The notes below the pieces were generated by a model. It had not been told where the DNA came from and ran no database searches. It saw only the letters and a list, made by a program, of their open reading frames with translations. A stretch of 63,901 nucleotides of DNA, the filler included, from Octopus bimaculoides (taxonomy: Eukaryota), in NCBI RefSeq assembly GCF_001194135.2. It is 6 parts of 6 records of this genome, joined end to end, with 100 filler letters (N's around TTAATTAATTAA, not from the genome) between each part and the next. Parts side by side here need not be neighbours in the genome. Positions count along the whole stretch, not along the records: positions 1 to 16,496 come from NC_069001.1; 5 more parts are not named here. One strand, written 5' to 3'. How positions within the stretch are numbered: the stretch's first letter is position 1; the number at the start of each line of letters is the position of its first letter. A program made the translations under genes and the position numbers. Shown here piece after piece: positions 1-14,128 of the stretch.

Positions 1-35
<35 letters not shown>

Positions 36-817
36 ACATATGTATATATACATATATGTATATGTGTGGGTGTGTATATGTATGTATATCATGAGAGTAA
101 GCAGGAAGAAAAGGAGGAGGGAGGCCAAGTAACCAAGGGAAAGCGAAAGAGTGAAATGGAAAGAGAGAGACAGTGAATGCAAGAGGGGAGGTGGTGCAGG
201 TTGGAGTGGTGGGTGTTGAATCAAATGCTTATTGTAAACATCTGAATAGAATCTCTGGCCATCAATATGTCGTTCGAGCGCCTCTGTATCTGTCTCGTGT
301 AATTTGATACTTCCAGATGTGAGGATATATGTATGGATGTATGTATGTTTGTATGTTTGTATGTTTGTATGTTTGTATGTATGTATGTATGTATGTATTA
401 TGTATGTATATGTATGTATGTGTATACGTGTATGTGTGTGTGTCTATATATATATATGTAACTACATATGTATGTATGTATGTATGCATTGTATGTATGT
501 ATGTATGTATGTATGTATGTATGTATGTATGAATGTTAGAAAGTATAACAGGAAAAAACATCCATGACAGCGCATAAGTGAAACTCTGTCATTCTTTCTT
601 CTTTCGCCTGGTGCGTGTTTTCTAGTCTACATCGGCTGTTGATGCAACAATATACAGTGATATGCATTCATTCACGTGAATTTAGGTGTTCAGTGCAATA
701 TAATATAGTAAGGTCAAATATTATTGGTTATTATTTGCCGCGTATACAAAGTATATAATAACGTGCGTGAGTGTGTGTTTTTATGTATATATATATATAT
801 ATATATACAGAGGGAGA

Positions 818-867
<50 letters not shown>

Positions 868-974
868 ACATATCCTTGCTGACAATACAAAGAACATATA
901 TGAAACGCATACTTCTACGCATGCACGAAAGCGACACCTATGGTTCCAAAATACATAGGAGCGCATCGACCGCC

Positions 975-1860
975 CCGCCGCGCTATCTCTATCCCCATAT
1001 AAAGCTTAAAGATATTTTAAATCCTAAATGCATGTTGTTTACACCCTCTAAGAGCGAGGTAGGCATTGTTACCAAGCCTATTATCTATACCATCGATTGC
1101 AATATTATAGAAGCGGTACGGGGTTGATCTAATAGTATTGCAGCACCGTAGCAATTGACTGATTTGAGGACAGAGAATAATGCATCTTGCAGGTTCACCC
1201 AGTTCAATTCAACAGTGTAGATTTCTATCCCGCAATAACGAAACGCATGCCTCTGAAGGCTTTAGATTTTAGCAGACTAGGTCACACCACACTACCAGTG
1301 ACCTGGATGTCAGAATCGTCATGAATGCTCGAAAGTTAGTCTTGGTCCGTGATGATTTTTACTGAGTAAAGAAGGAACACAGCTTACTATTCAACGAATC
1401 TATGGGGAGCTACGATGGGGCTAAGATCGCTGACTTCATTAGGTTATTTATCTTGGATACACTTAGGAAGCGCGAACACCATCATAGTTCAGCCCATTAT
1501 AGGGACGACGGCCTGCCAATCGCAAGTCATATGAACGGTTAAGCCATGGACAAGTTCAGATAGGATCTGATAAAGAATTTTCAAAACTCAGTATAAAAAA
1601 TATGAGTTACCACCAGTTCCACGAAGGTCTTGTACGTAACCCTAGTCTTAAAAAAGGACAAGTACTACTCTTACAGGAAACCCAAGAAGAAAATTGTACA
1701 TCTATAGGAACTTTCACCACCTCCGCCTTAATTAGAAACCTAGTTACAAGCATCAGGAGAAAAATTTCTAAACTTTTCTACGTACAGAGAGAACTTCAAC
1801 AGGGCATCGAATTATAATAAATTTAGTTGGTTTCAGATGAGCATATAATTCGCTCTATGC
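975..1860 (+). mobile_element. Degenerate Penelope-like retroelement reverse transcriptase fragment
   Basis: Frame-broken translation gives IKLKD..NPKC.LFTPSKSEVGIVTK (about 995-1075), MGSYDGAKIADF (about 1402-1440) and YRDDGL (about 1498-1515). These match PLE RT motifs from memory. Multiple stops and frameshifts. Confidence 0.75.
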
Positions 1861-1955
1861 GATGATTGCAAATTTTCCGTTTGAAACACTAGTATTGTGC
1901 TAGACATATGGCCATTTGTACCGAATCACGTATATTTTAAAGTAAGTGTGTGTGT

Positions 1956-2056
<101 letters not shown>

Positions 2057-2583
2057 GGGCGTTTTGGTAAGCATATCTGTGTGTTTGATGATAAGTGTAA
2101 GGCCCGGATGTCAGAACACAGACAACAAGACGACTGGGCATAACACTCATTTCCTTGCAGAAGTCGAAGTAGAAATATTTGAATTTTCAATTTCGTTCAA
2201 GAACACACGTGTTGGCTACATTTCAGAATCAGACAGCTTTTATTCAACAAGTTCAAAGAATACAAACTTATATGGCTGTACATATACAAACACTCATGGA
2301 ATACACTTGCACATGACAACACACATCTACACACACCCATGCATATATACTTATACATGTGTGCATGTATATGTATATGTGAACGTGTGTATACATATGG
2401 CTGCGTATACATTCATCTACATGTATAAATTTATATATACGAGTACATAAACATATTCATGCATATCTCTGGTTTTGCAATATATACAATGCATACATGC
2501 GTACGCAGACACACACGCACTCCTACATATATATAAACACTTGTAATAAGTATACATATGTGTGTGAGTACATATGTTTTATA

Positions 2584-2661
<78 letters not shown>

Positions 2662-2895
2662 NNNNNNNNNNNNNNNNNNNNNNNNNNNNNNNNNNNNNNN
2701 NNNNNNNNNNNNNNNNNNNNNNNNNNNNNNNNNNNNNNNNNNNNNNNNNNNNNNNNNNNNNNNNNNNNNNNNNNNNNNNNNNNNNNNNNNNNNNNNNNNN
2801 NNNNNNNNNNNNNNNNNNNNNNNNNNNNNNNNNNNNNNNNNNNNNNNNNNNNNNNNNNNNNNNNNNNNNNNNNNNNNNNNNNNNNNNNNNNNNNN

Positions 2896-2952
<57 letters not shown>

Positions 2953-3427
2953 GCGCGTAGCACAGTGTTTAGAGAGCTGCTGCACTCATGATCATAAGAT
3001 TATTGTTTGAATTCCATGACTATACCCAGAGACAGGATACTTAATCCACGCCAACTCTATAGACTATAGGCTTACTCGTCCAGTCTTACACGCATACACA
3101 CATACACACACACTCACTCACACACACACTCACTCACTCACACACGCACACACACTCACTCACACACACACATAAACACATATTAGACTAGATGAGTAAA
3201 TATATATATATATATATATTAATTTATGTATATATTAATATTATCTTGGTTGAAAAACTTCGATAATGCAAATATGTTAATAGTTACCAGTGTAGCAAAA
3301 ATCACACAAAAACTGGGATATCAAACCGGTTAATGGGTAGAAATTCCATGTTAAAGTGATGTATTTTGAGTAGATATAAAGAATAATAATAAATGGAGCA
3401 AAACGCATATAATCAATAAATTCCTTT

Positions 3428-3518
3428 AATTCCTACATATGTTTCAAAATATATGTGCTCTCTACTCCAAAGAAGTAAGAGGTGCTGGAAATTCACATAA
3501 ATGCATCGTCAGGGAACC
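3428..3518 (-). ncRNA. Type I hammerhead ribozyme candidate with long, imperfect helix II
   Basis: Minus strand reads GGTTCC-CTGACGA-(long helix II)-GAAAC-ATAT-GTA-GGAATT. Helix I is GGUUCC/GGAAUU and helix III is the palindrome ACATATGT. The helix II junction pairs are mismatched. Confidence 0.5.
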
Positions 3519-4289
3519 ATATTAATATATATAATTATATAATCCAAGAGAGCTAAGGGTTGAGAATCCAACCCACTAAGGGATAATATCTATCCATTAT
3601 ACTGCTGGGAGGGTGAAATTTTAATTGTTGATATGATATAGAGTGTCATATGTGTCTGTATATTGTCTTTATTGTTCTTTTGGTTGAAAAATAAACAGAT
3701 TAATTAACAGAGTACAGTGTCGGCACGTTGATGAGTACCTCATATTCCCCTCCATTTTCTTATTGCTATATATATGTATATGTATTAGGTCATCGCTCAG
3801 TATAAAAGGGGAAAAAAGATTCGGTGTATAACGTTTCGAGTATAGCTTTTCATCATAAAGAGGAAGGAGGGAAGGTATTTATTGAAAGGGTCACCCTTGT
3901 CACATTCTGTGTCATGTTGAATCTTCCTGCGTCTGTGGAATGCTCAGTCACTTGCACTTTAGTTTCACAAGCGGGTTGTTCTAGTCATCGGATCAACTGG
4001 AACCCTCGTCGTCGCAACCGATGGAGAGCCAGGACACACACACGTCCCCACACACATATACGTGCATACATATATACATATACATTCATACATACATGTG
4101 TGTGTGTGTGTGTGTGTGTATGTCTAAGTATGTATGTATATGTATATGCAAGCATATAAGTATGTATGTATATGTATATGCAAGCATATAAGTATGTATG
4201 AATGTATATGTATATATGTATATATGTATGTCTAAGTATGTATGTATGTATATGCAAGCATATAAGTGGAAACGAGATGAAGAATACAG

Positions 4290-4489
4290 AAACTCGTACT
4301 GAGTGTTATAAAGAGCGTGAAACAGAATGCTGTGTCCGTAGTTGAAAATCTGAAGAACTTATTCCTCGTAGCCGACCTTCTGACAAAAAACTTAGACCTG
4401 TTAATCCAGAAACAAGCCACGATCACTAATTTGAGTAAACGTGAATCAGTTTTGGAATCGAAGGATATTGTTGGGAGGATCGAACGACC
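4290..4489 (+). CDS. Possible upstream exon of the coiled-coil gene
   Basis: Open 200-nt frame (KLVLSVIKSVKQNAVSVVENLKNLFLVADLL...) ending at a GTAAG donor at 4490. The acceptor is weak and the phase (ends phase 2) does not join directly to exon 16772. Confidence 0.25.
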
Positions 4490-5456
4490 GTAAGCATTAA
4501 TAATAAATGTAATGATAAATGATAAATAAATATGAAAAAATGAATTAACATTCTAAAAAGGCAAAAATAAATCGATACATTAGGAAATCAATCATAAGGT
4601 TGGATGAATTTTCTGTCAGCTGAGGCTAATAGAAATTAAATTTTTAAAATGATTTCAGAAAGAAAATTGAAAGAAATGTTATACTACGTTGTACACAAAT
4701 ACATACAAAATTAGTGAATAAAGCGTTGGAGCAGAGACGGGAAAAGAGGAAAAAGAAGAGAGAAAAAGATGAAGAATTAGAGGTCACGTGATTGTGAGAG
4801 GAAGGAAAACAGAGAAGGTGGGAATAAATGAAAAAAAATGGCCCTGGAAAACTAAGAAATGGAATACAGAAAAAAAAATGGAATAAGCGTTGAAGGTGAG
4901 GGAGAGGGAGAGGGAGAGGGAGAGGGGAGAGAGACGGAGAGAGAGGGGAGAGAGNNNNNNNNNNNNNNNNNNNNNNNNNNNNNNNNNNNNNNNNNNNNNN
5001 NNNNNNNNNNNNNNNNNNNNNNNNNNNNNNNNNNNNNNNNNNNNNNNNNNNNNNNNNNNNNNNNNNNNNNNNNNNNNNNNNNNNNNNNNNNNNNNNNNNN
5101 NNNNNNNNNNNNNNNNNNNNNNNNNNNNNNNNNNNNNNNNNNNNNNNNNNNNNNNNNNNNNNNNNNNNNNNNNNNNNNNNNNNNNNNNNNNNNNNNNNNN
5201 NNNNNNNNNNNNNNNNNNNNNNNNNNNNNNNNNNNNNNNNNNNNNNNNNNNNNNNNNNNNNNNNNNNNNNNNNNNNNNNNNNNNNNNNNNNNNNNNNNNN
5301 NNNACACACACACATACACGCGCGCGCACACAGACGGACACGCACACAAACACCTCAAACACATACAGTGACATAGAGCTCAAGGAAATATTTAATTGCG
5401 GATACTAGGCACAACTTCTTTAACTAGGATTATTAAAAGAACAATTATTAGAAACC

Positions 5457-5524
<68 letters not shown>

Positions 5525-5525
<1 letters not shown>

Positions 5526-5883
5526 GTGCCAGGAGATCAACATATCATGAAGGAAAGAGAAAAAGTTGCTAAATATGCGGACCTGAGAATTGAGATCGCC
5601 AAGATGTGGGAGCTACGAGAGTCGAACATAAAGGTTATCCCTATTGTCATCGGAGCATTAGGTTCAATACTACCCAATCTGAAAAAACATCTGAAAAACC
5701 TTAGAAATACCTTACAATCTAGATGTATTGCAAAAGTCAGCAAAACTTCGCATTAATTGGAACTGCACGCATATTGCGTAAAGTGCTGTATGAGGTCCTT
5801 GTTATTTGACAAACAGTACAAACCTCCGGTAGACACTATATCTTCAATCAAAAACCTCACGATATTGTATACTATGCGACGTC
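5525..5883 (+). mobile_element. 5'-truncated Dong/R4-like non-LTR element (restriction-like endonuclease end) inside an (AAT)n tract
   Basis: VPGDQHIMKEREKVAKYADLRIEIAKMWELRESNIKVIPIVIGALGS resembles the RLE C-terminus. Flanked by (AAT)n at about 5457-5524 and 5884-5927. Confidence 0.75.
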
Positions 5884-5927
<44 letters not shown>

Positions 5928-5929
<2 letters not shown>

Positions 5930-6174
5930 GTATTTCAAGGACCATTTGAGCGGGATTGGCTACTTGGCTACTTGACCTGAAGAAAATTGTAACTGGGCCC
6001 CACCTGCGAGGTCATGCGCTGTTTATCTTTATATGAGATCACCATGTCGCGCACATATGGTTGTGATAGATGTGCCTGGTGTACCCTTATCAGACGAGTA
6101 GTCATGATGGGTATAATGGGCTTCGTATATTTTAACCCAGTGTCACTTTGATTGCCTGCACAGCTCTCTCACTC
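5928..6174 (+). mobile_element. (AAT)n-associated interspersed repeat (second copy at about 50261-50580)
   Basis: Shares CACCTGCGAGGTCATGC..GAGATCACCATGTCGCGCACATATGGTTGTGAT..CTCTCTCACTCAATA with 50414-50581. Both copies follow (AAT)n and end in AAT-type repeats. Confidence 0.7.
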
Positions 6175-6185
6175 AATAATAATAA

Positions 6186-6389
6186 TCATCTCTACTATAG
6201 GCACAAGGCCTGAAACTTCAGGTAGGGGACTAATCGATTATATCGACCTCAATGTTCGACTGGCACTTATTTAATCGAACCCAAAAGGATGAAAGGCAAA
6301 GTCAACCTCGACAGAGTTCGAACTCAGAACGTAAGGACGGACAGAATGCCGTTAAACATTTTGCCCGGCGCGCTAACGCTTCTGCTAGC
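6186..6389 (-). mobile_element. SINE family B (GGCGGCGAGCTGGCAGAA head); other copies about 13553-13780+, 40460-40870- (dimer), 42625-42810+, 42850-43010-, 50670-50890-, 57283-57495+
   Basis: Recurrent tRNA-like head with GTTCTGAGTTCAAAT B-box-like segment and GTCGACTTTGCCTTTCATCC body in many copies. Confidence 0.8.
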
Positions 6390-6402
6390 TCGCCGCCTTT
6401 AT

Positions 6403-6484
<82 letters not shown>

Positions 6485-6909
6485 TATGCCAAAACTACGG
6501 AATAACAACAGAAAAAAGATGGTATAGACACAAGCCAGAAAAGGTCACAGAAAACGAGAAAGGAACCATACTCTGGGATATGTCAATACACACAGATAGA
6601 GAAATTAAGGCCAATAGGCAAGATATAGTTGTCAGAGATCATGAACAAAAAACAGAAACAATTCCTGTCATAGTAGACGCATTAGGTATGATAAAAAAAA
6701 TATTCAGACAGATATATTACAAAAACACCAGGACTTACAAGTATATATAACATACAGAAAATTGCACTACTAGACACTGCACACATCCTACGCAAAACAC
6801 TTTCAATACAGTAACCAATAAGAGCATCACAGCAAACCACAGCACACATCCAAGGCACACAGAGCTGCGCTTGGTGGTGAAGTGAAAGCACGCTATAAAA
6901 ATAAAACTA

Positions 6910-6912
<3 letters not shown>
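6485..6912 (+). mobile_element. 5'-truncated Dong/R4-like non-LTR element inside an (AAT)n tract
   Basis: WYRHKPEKVTENEKGTILWDMSIHTDREIKANRQDIVV...IPVIVDALG...IQKIALLDTAHILRKTL matches the RLE domain (PDIV-type motif) with an internal deletion. Flanked by (AAT)n at about 6390-6484 and 6913-7018. Confidence 0.8.
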
Positions 6913-7000
<88 letters not shown>

Positions 7001-8662
7001 GTAGTAGTAATAATAATTTGTTCCATTAGAATCTCAATTTAAAGCAGTCTTATTTTAATCCGATATGTTGTTAATTTGCATTTTTGTTCTGCAGCTAACC
7101 GTTGATAAGGAAATTGCCAATAAGAAGACAGTTGCTGAGATCCCTGTTATTATAAACTAGGATTCCTCATTAGAGTAACTTCAGAGAGTTTTAAAACTTT
7201 TTTTTACATTTTTTATTTGACGAAACATAGTTTTTACAGTAAGTAAAACGTGATAATATCAAATTTAAGAAGTTTCAACTAGATTTGCTGTTACACTAAT
7301 CAATAACTAACAATCTATGATAGGAGAGATAAAAGATTTTGTATTTTAAAAGATATAACATCTAAAATATGTTATTTGTTCTCTTTTAAAGTATACGTCT
7401 CTAAATTTTGGTTCTATTTATGAGTCTATATTTAGAGCTATTTACTAAAAGTAGGTTGACGATCTTTCAGATGATAAAAGTAGCGGGGAAGTGTGATATT
7501 CTACTCTCGTCTCTTTTACTCACCAAATTTATGGAATTACACGAATTGGGTCTCGACTTGTCGGTGTTTGTAATGTTATTGAGCAAGCGTCTATTGCAGA
7601 CGTATTTAACAACTCTGTAGAGGTTCCTGGTTTATCTGATGAGATAAATATTTTCAACGAATTCTGTAAAAATATCTGAATCCTTATTTAAAGCGTTCTG
7701 GAAATGGTTGTGGATATTCTGGAATGTAACCCTTTATTTATATCAAATTAGTGAGTTCAGTGCGAAAAGAGTGAAAAGAGTGAATTTGTATAACATTGAG
7801 CTATGAAGCAGTGTTTTGTGTTGTGCAAGCTTTATGATACTCATTGCTGGCACTCTGATGTTTTAACGAATGTTGGGCATACAGGGTAGGGGAGAGAGGG
7901 GGTGAGAAGGAAGAGAGATAAGAGTGAGAGAGCGAGAGTGGAGGAGAGGGAAAGACGGAGGAGAATGGGCGAGGGAGTGAGATTGCGAGATCAGCGAAGA
8001 CAGATGGGGAAAGAGAGGAATAGGTAACATCAAAATAGAGAGGGGGAGAAAGCAAAAGAGAGAGAAACAGAAAGAGAGAGGGGGGATAGCTAAAGAACAA
8101 AACGGTGTGAGTTTGAGTGAGAAAAGGAGAGAGGAGTTAGAGAGACAGTAAGGACAAAGAGAATGGATGAGTCAGACGAACATACTTAGAGATAGAAGAA
8201 AGAGAGAGAGAGAGGGAGAGAGAAAGAGAGAGATAAGGAAAATGAAAGTGAAAGGGAGAAAGAGAGGCGGGGAATAGAGACGGGGAAGTGATAGGTAAAT
8301 ATGTTTAGGGACAATGTGAAAGAGAGAAAGAGAGAGAGAGAGAGAGTGAGAGAGTAAGACAATGAAATAAGTAGAAGGAACCTATAGGAAGAAGTTACTG
8401 GAATTCATGGTTGAGCCTGTTTAATTAAAGGATTTTTGATGAGGCGTGGGAAAATGTATCATCTGTAGTGATGAGGAGTGGGTAGGGACGGTTGCGTGGA
8501 GGCGTGTTTGTGCGTAAGTGTGTCTGTGTGTGTGTGTGTGTAGACATATGTATGTAAGTGTACGCGTGTGTGTATGCATGTGTCTGTGTATATTTAAGTA
8601 TGTGTGTATATGAGTGTGTATGTATTGGTGTATGTATGTGTGTATGAGTGTGTGTGAGTGTG

Positions 8663-8708
<46 letters not shown>

Positions 8709-9811
8709 CGGCCCTTCAGCAGGAACCGCAACGATTGCAAGACACAAAACTGACATCCACAGCAAAACTGACAGCAGCACCATCAGCAATANNNNNNNNN
8801 NNNNNNNNNNNNNNNNNNNNNNNNNNNNNNNNNNNNNNNNNNNNNNNNNNNNNNNNNNNNNNNNNNNNNNNNNNNNNNNNNNNNNNNNNNNNNNNNNNNN
8901 NNNNNNNNNNNNNNNNNNNNNNNNNNNNNNNNNNNNNNNNNNNNNNNNNNNNNNNNNNNNNNNNNNNNNNNNNNNNNNNNNNNNNNNNNNNNNNNNNNNN
9001 NNNNNNNNNNNNNNNNNNNNNNNNNNNNNNNNNNNNNNNNNNNNNNNNNNNNNNNNNNNNNNNNNNNNNNNNNNNNNNNNNNNNNNNNNNNNNNNNNNNN
9101 NNNNNNNNNNNNNNNNNNNNNNNNNNNNNNNNNNNNNNNNNNNNNNNNNNNNNNNNNNNNNNNNNNNNNNNNNNNNNNNNNNNNNNNNNNNNNNNNNNNN
9201 NNNNNNNNNNNNNNNNNNNNNNNNNNNNNNNNNNNNNNNNNNNNNNNNNNNNNNNNNNNNNNNNNNNNNNNNNNNNNNNNNNNNNNNNNNAGCAACAGCA
9301 GTGCATTAGCAACACCCAAACAGAAGTTCAAACAGCAGCAGTTTGAACACCATCCTCCTCCTCCTCCTCCTCCTCATCATCATCATCGTCATACATCATC
9401 ATCATTATTGTCATCATCATCCTATTCATCGCCACCACCACCACCACCACTAGCAACATATCCTAGAAACCATCATCATCGTTAGCATTAGCAGTAGCAA
9501 CAACAGCAATCCTTCCCAACAAAGACAGAAGGCCAGAAAGAAGTTAATGCTAAAGGAATATGTATGATTGATGATACTGACCTCTGTCGTACTTTGATTG
9601 ATACTTTATTTATTTGACCATCCCATCGGAAGAATGAATTGTAAGGTCAATGAACCCGCGCAGTATTTGAACGGAAATTTATTTGATGGAGCCTCGGAAA
9701 GGGATTGCAAGTAAATTAAAGCGAACTTTGCTGAAATTAAAAAGAAAAGACAAAAATATGCGTAACTAGATGCCGAATATATATTTGATATAAATCATCG
9801 CTTTTGATACC

Positions 9812-9958
<147 letters not shown>

Positions 9959-10179
9959 TGAAGTTTGCGTAGGTAGGCTCTAAGCTATACGAAGCCGATC
10001 GTATAGGAAAACGTTCGATAAAAGTCTCGTCCTTGGATTATAGTTGAAATATACTATGCAAATGCTTTACTAGACGTAAAAACTGCAGAAGCAACTCAAG
10101 AGATATTTCAATCCCTTCTAAAGTTATTGCAGTACCTTCCGTATTATCTGCAGGTATCTCAAGATCACAAGCCCTTGCG

Positions 10180-10443
10180 CTTCGCTTGAGTTGAGCAGCG
10201 AAACTTGAGCCAGTCTTCGCCTATGGAAGGGTTCCATCTCTAATTTAATGTCATCTATAACCGCCTTGTACTGATTTTAGCTTTCATAACTATTTCCTTT
10301 GTGGTTGTCTTCGATTGTCAGTGCCCCAGATCAGTATTCTGTAGGAAATAGTGCCACGGTAGCCAACTTCAATAGGGAATGAGGTTGTGCGCCCTCCCTT
10401 GACAAGGGCCTCATCGATTAAGTCCTGACATTTGATTTTCTCT
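10180..10443 (-). mobile_element. RLE-type non-LTR retrotransposon 3' fragment (HERO/R2-like)
   Basis: EKIKCQDLIDEALVKGGRTTSFPIEVGYRG resembles the K..KY..L....GW....P.EVG.RG end of RLE LINEs. Truncated by an N gap. Confidence 0.5.
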
Positions 10444-11689
10444 NNNNNNNNNNNNNNNNNNNNNNNNNNNNNNNNNNNNNNNNNNNNNNNNNNNNNNNNN
10501 NNNNNNNNNNNNNNNNNNNNNNNNNNNNNNNNNNNNNNNNNNNGTCGAAGCGGTACGATATAGAAACGCATGTGTCCTACTATCTAATTGCGTCACCCAC
10601 ATCTCAAAACAAGATACATATCCAAGAGAAGAATTTTCAGCCTGGACTTTTTCTGCAACGAATAGTTTTATCACATCCAAATACACTTGCATGTGTTAAA
10701 CATGATTTTACACGATAATAAAAATACACACACACACACACAGACACCACTATAGCCTCGGGCCGACCAAAGCCTTGTGAGTGGATTTGGTAGACGGAAA
10801 CTGAAAGAAGCCCGTCGTATATATGTATATATATATGTATGTGTGTTTGTGTGTCTGTGTTTGTTCCTCCCCCCCATCATTGCTTGACAACCGATGCTGG
10901 TGTGTTTACGTCCCCGTAACCTAGTGGTTGATATTGTTTTAATTATTGCATGTTGTTTTTATTGTTATTATCAGGCTTTTTTGTGTGTGTTCTTGTTATT
11001 GCGATTGTTCTTTTGGCTGATTTTTCTGTTTCTATTGTTATTGTTATTGTTGTCGGTGTGTTTCCGCTCTTCCGGTTTTATATTTATTATTGATCTTCCC
11101 GTTGTTGTAGGTAGTTGTATTCCTCCATTTTATAAATTTTTAAATATGTATTATTAAAACTATCCTAAACAGGGAACAACAGCAGCGGAAACAAGGACAG
11201 TTGCAACATCAACTGTAACAACAACAACAAGAAGAGGATCAGCAACAACAACAACAACAACAACAACAGCATCAACAAGAGGAACAGCATCAACAGTAAT
11301 AAAACCTAACTTTGCTAACTAGAAGCATAACAACGTTAAGTACAACAGCAACAGCGGATGCAGCTAGAACAACAACAGCCATAAAACCAATAGAAACATC
11401 GACAACAGTAGTAAAAACAACGGGTGCAATAGTAATTAAAACAGTAACACAATATAACAACAGCAACAACAACCATAACAATAGGACCAGCAGCAAATGA
11501 AACAATGGACGAGAAGTGACAATAAAATTAGCAAGAAAAGAATTTAGTGTAATTAATGTAGAATGGGCAAGAATTGATAATAACAGCATCACCATCAACA
11601 GTAATAAAATAATGTAATAAAACTACAACAGTCACCACCATTACCGCCGCCACCACCACCACCACTACCACTACCACCACCACCCGAGA

Positions 11690-12973
11690 CGGACGCATGT
11701 TACACGAATCCAAACACATGTGTGCAGAATATCAACGAGCGGGAGGTTGATTTCACTTCCTACCTCGGTAGTATGCCGCACCTTTCGACCAGGGATGCGG
11801 AGTTCTGCGAAATGCTGATAATAGCCGAAGACATACAGGGCGCGATGACGAGCCGCACAAGGGAGAGGTCTCCGGGGCTGGAGGGTCTGCTCTTGAAGCT
11901 GTATCTTCATAACCCACACTTGTTCGGCGATCTCATGGAGATTGTCTACCAAAACTGGCAGCAGAACGGGAGAATACCCAGTACTGTGAGCCATGGCGTG
12001 GTGGTGCTGCTAAGAAAAGACCCGAAAAAAGGGGACCAAATAGATCATTTTAGCCCAATTACTCTGCTGAACGCAGATTATAAGATTTTGGCCAAGGTGT
12101 TAATCAAGAGGTTGGCGCTTGTCGATTACGTGGTCGGTGACGCGCAGACGAATAAATCTATTTACAATAATCTCCGCTTCACCAGCTACATCATAGAGAG
12201 TGTAGAGAAGGCACCTGGCTTGGGTGGGTCCCAGATCAGTTCCGATCAATCAAAAGTTTTTGGAAGGGTTGACCATCAATACTTAGAGGCTGTCTTCGCT
12301 ACGGGCGGTTTCGGTTCAGTTTTAAGAGGTTTGATCGCTCCAATGTACAGCGACATCTGATCGGAGGTCATGGTAAACGACCAACTATCGGAATCGTTTA
12401 GCCTCGCTCGTTCAGTCCTTCAAGGATGCCCACTCTCACCCCTTCTGTACGTGCTAGCTCTCGAGGTATTACTAAGAAAATTGGATATATCGAGGGGCAT
12501 CTCGCGTGAATTAAAATGCGGAAGGTTTGTGACATTGCCGTAATAGTGTCGGACAGTTCGGACATCGCGATGACCGATACTACCTTAAGGGAGTACGAAG
12601 CGGTGACAGGAGAAAAGATTACTCAGAACAAGTCTGTGGTCTTACAACTCGGCACCTGGAGAGGCTGGTTTATGCCAACTGACAGCGGTGTAGGGCGCTG
12701 GATAGCAGGACCGGTTAAATTGTTTGGAGTCTGGTTTGGTCCAGACCTCCAGGTGGACAAGAACTTGGGAGAGGATACGAGTAAGGTGGCTGGTGTCACC
12801 CAGAAATGGGCTGAGAGGAAGCCATTTGTCACACAGAATTTTCCGCAGTTTGTCTCATTGGAGGAGCTACAATCCTGGTTCAAGCGTAAACCTAGAAAGG
12901 GCGCGCTTGGCACCTGGAGTGTCGGCAGGCGATCACAGCCTTCTGCCACTTTTATTTTTATAGCGTGCTTTCA
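11690..12973 (+). mobile_element. Degenerate Tx1/L1-clade LINE reverse transcriptase
   Basis: RSPGLEGL, VVVLLRKDPKK, FSPITLLNADYKILAKVL and QGCPLSP (about 12421-12441). In-frame stop at 12358-12360 and an eroded YADD motif. Confidence 0.85.
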
Positions 12974-13452
12974 NNNNNNNNNNNNNNNNNNNNNNNNNNN
13001 NNNNNNNNNNNNNNNNNNNNNNNNNNNNNNNNNNNNNNNNNNNNNNNNNNNNNNNNNNNNNNNNNNNNNNNNNNNNNNNNNNNNNNNNNNNNNNNNNNNN
13101 NNNNNNNNNNNNNNNNNNNNNNNNNNNNNNNNNNNNNNNNNNNNNNNNNNNNNNNNNNNNNNNNNNNNNNNNNNNNNNNNNNNNNNNNNNNNNNNNNNNN
13201 NNNNNNNNNNNNNNNNNNNNNNNNNNNNNNNNNNNNNNNNNNNNNNNNNNNNNNNNNNNNNNNNNNNNNNNNNNNNNNNNNNNNNNNNNNNNNNNNNNNN
13301 NNNNNNNNNNNNNNNNNNNNNNNNNNNNNNNNNNNNNNNNNNNNNNNNNNNNNNNNNNNNNNNNNNNNNNNNNNNNNNNNNNNNNNNNNNNNNNNNNNNN
13401 NNNNNNNNNNNNNNNNNNNNNNNNNNNNNNNNNNNNNNNNNNNNNNTCATCA

Positions 13453-13551
<99 letters not shown>

Positions 13552-14087
13552 AGGGCAGCGAGCTGGCTGAGCTATAAGAGAGTCGGAGAAAATACTTGGC
13601 TGTATTTCCTCCAAATGTCTACGTTTTGAGACGAATTTGTGGCTGAAGTCAACGTTATTTTTTGCCCCTCCCAGGTCGATACAAAATAGTACCATTTGAT
13701 CACTGGAGACGATGTAATTGACTAACCCCTATCCCCACTAAAAAGTAGAATTCCTGGCCTTATGCCAAAATTATAAAAATAAATTATTATAATTAATACC
13801 ATTATTGTTATTATTAGTTGTATTTCCGATGTATATTTTTGACATGTAACCAGATGATAGATATTTCGAGATGTTTTGAGTTGGCAGCCAAATCATCTCT
13901 TATTTCCCAGTTCCTTTCAAAAACGTTTGTTTATTTAGAGCGTGACAAGTGATTTGTCAACGGTTCACAAGTTAAGTTCTTGCTAGTTTGTTTGGGAGCT
14001 GATTATTGTTGCGTTTTTATTAAAACACTCATGTTCTTTCCAGTTGAAGATTTAATCTCCAGAAACTCACTCACTCCCACTCTCTCA

Positions 14088-14128
<41 letters not shown>

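Noticed and set aside
7095-7750. Exon-like stretches with good splice signals on either strand
   Set aside because: No frame is consistent with neighbouring exons, and stops occur before any donor.
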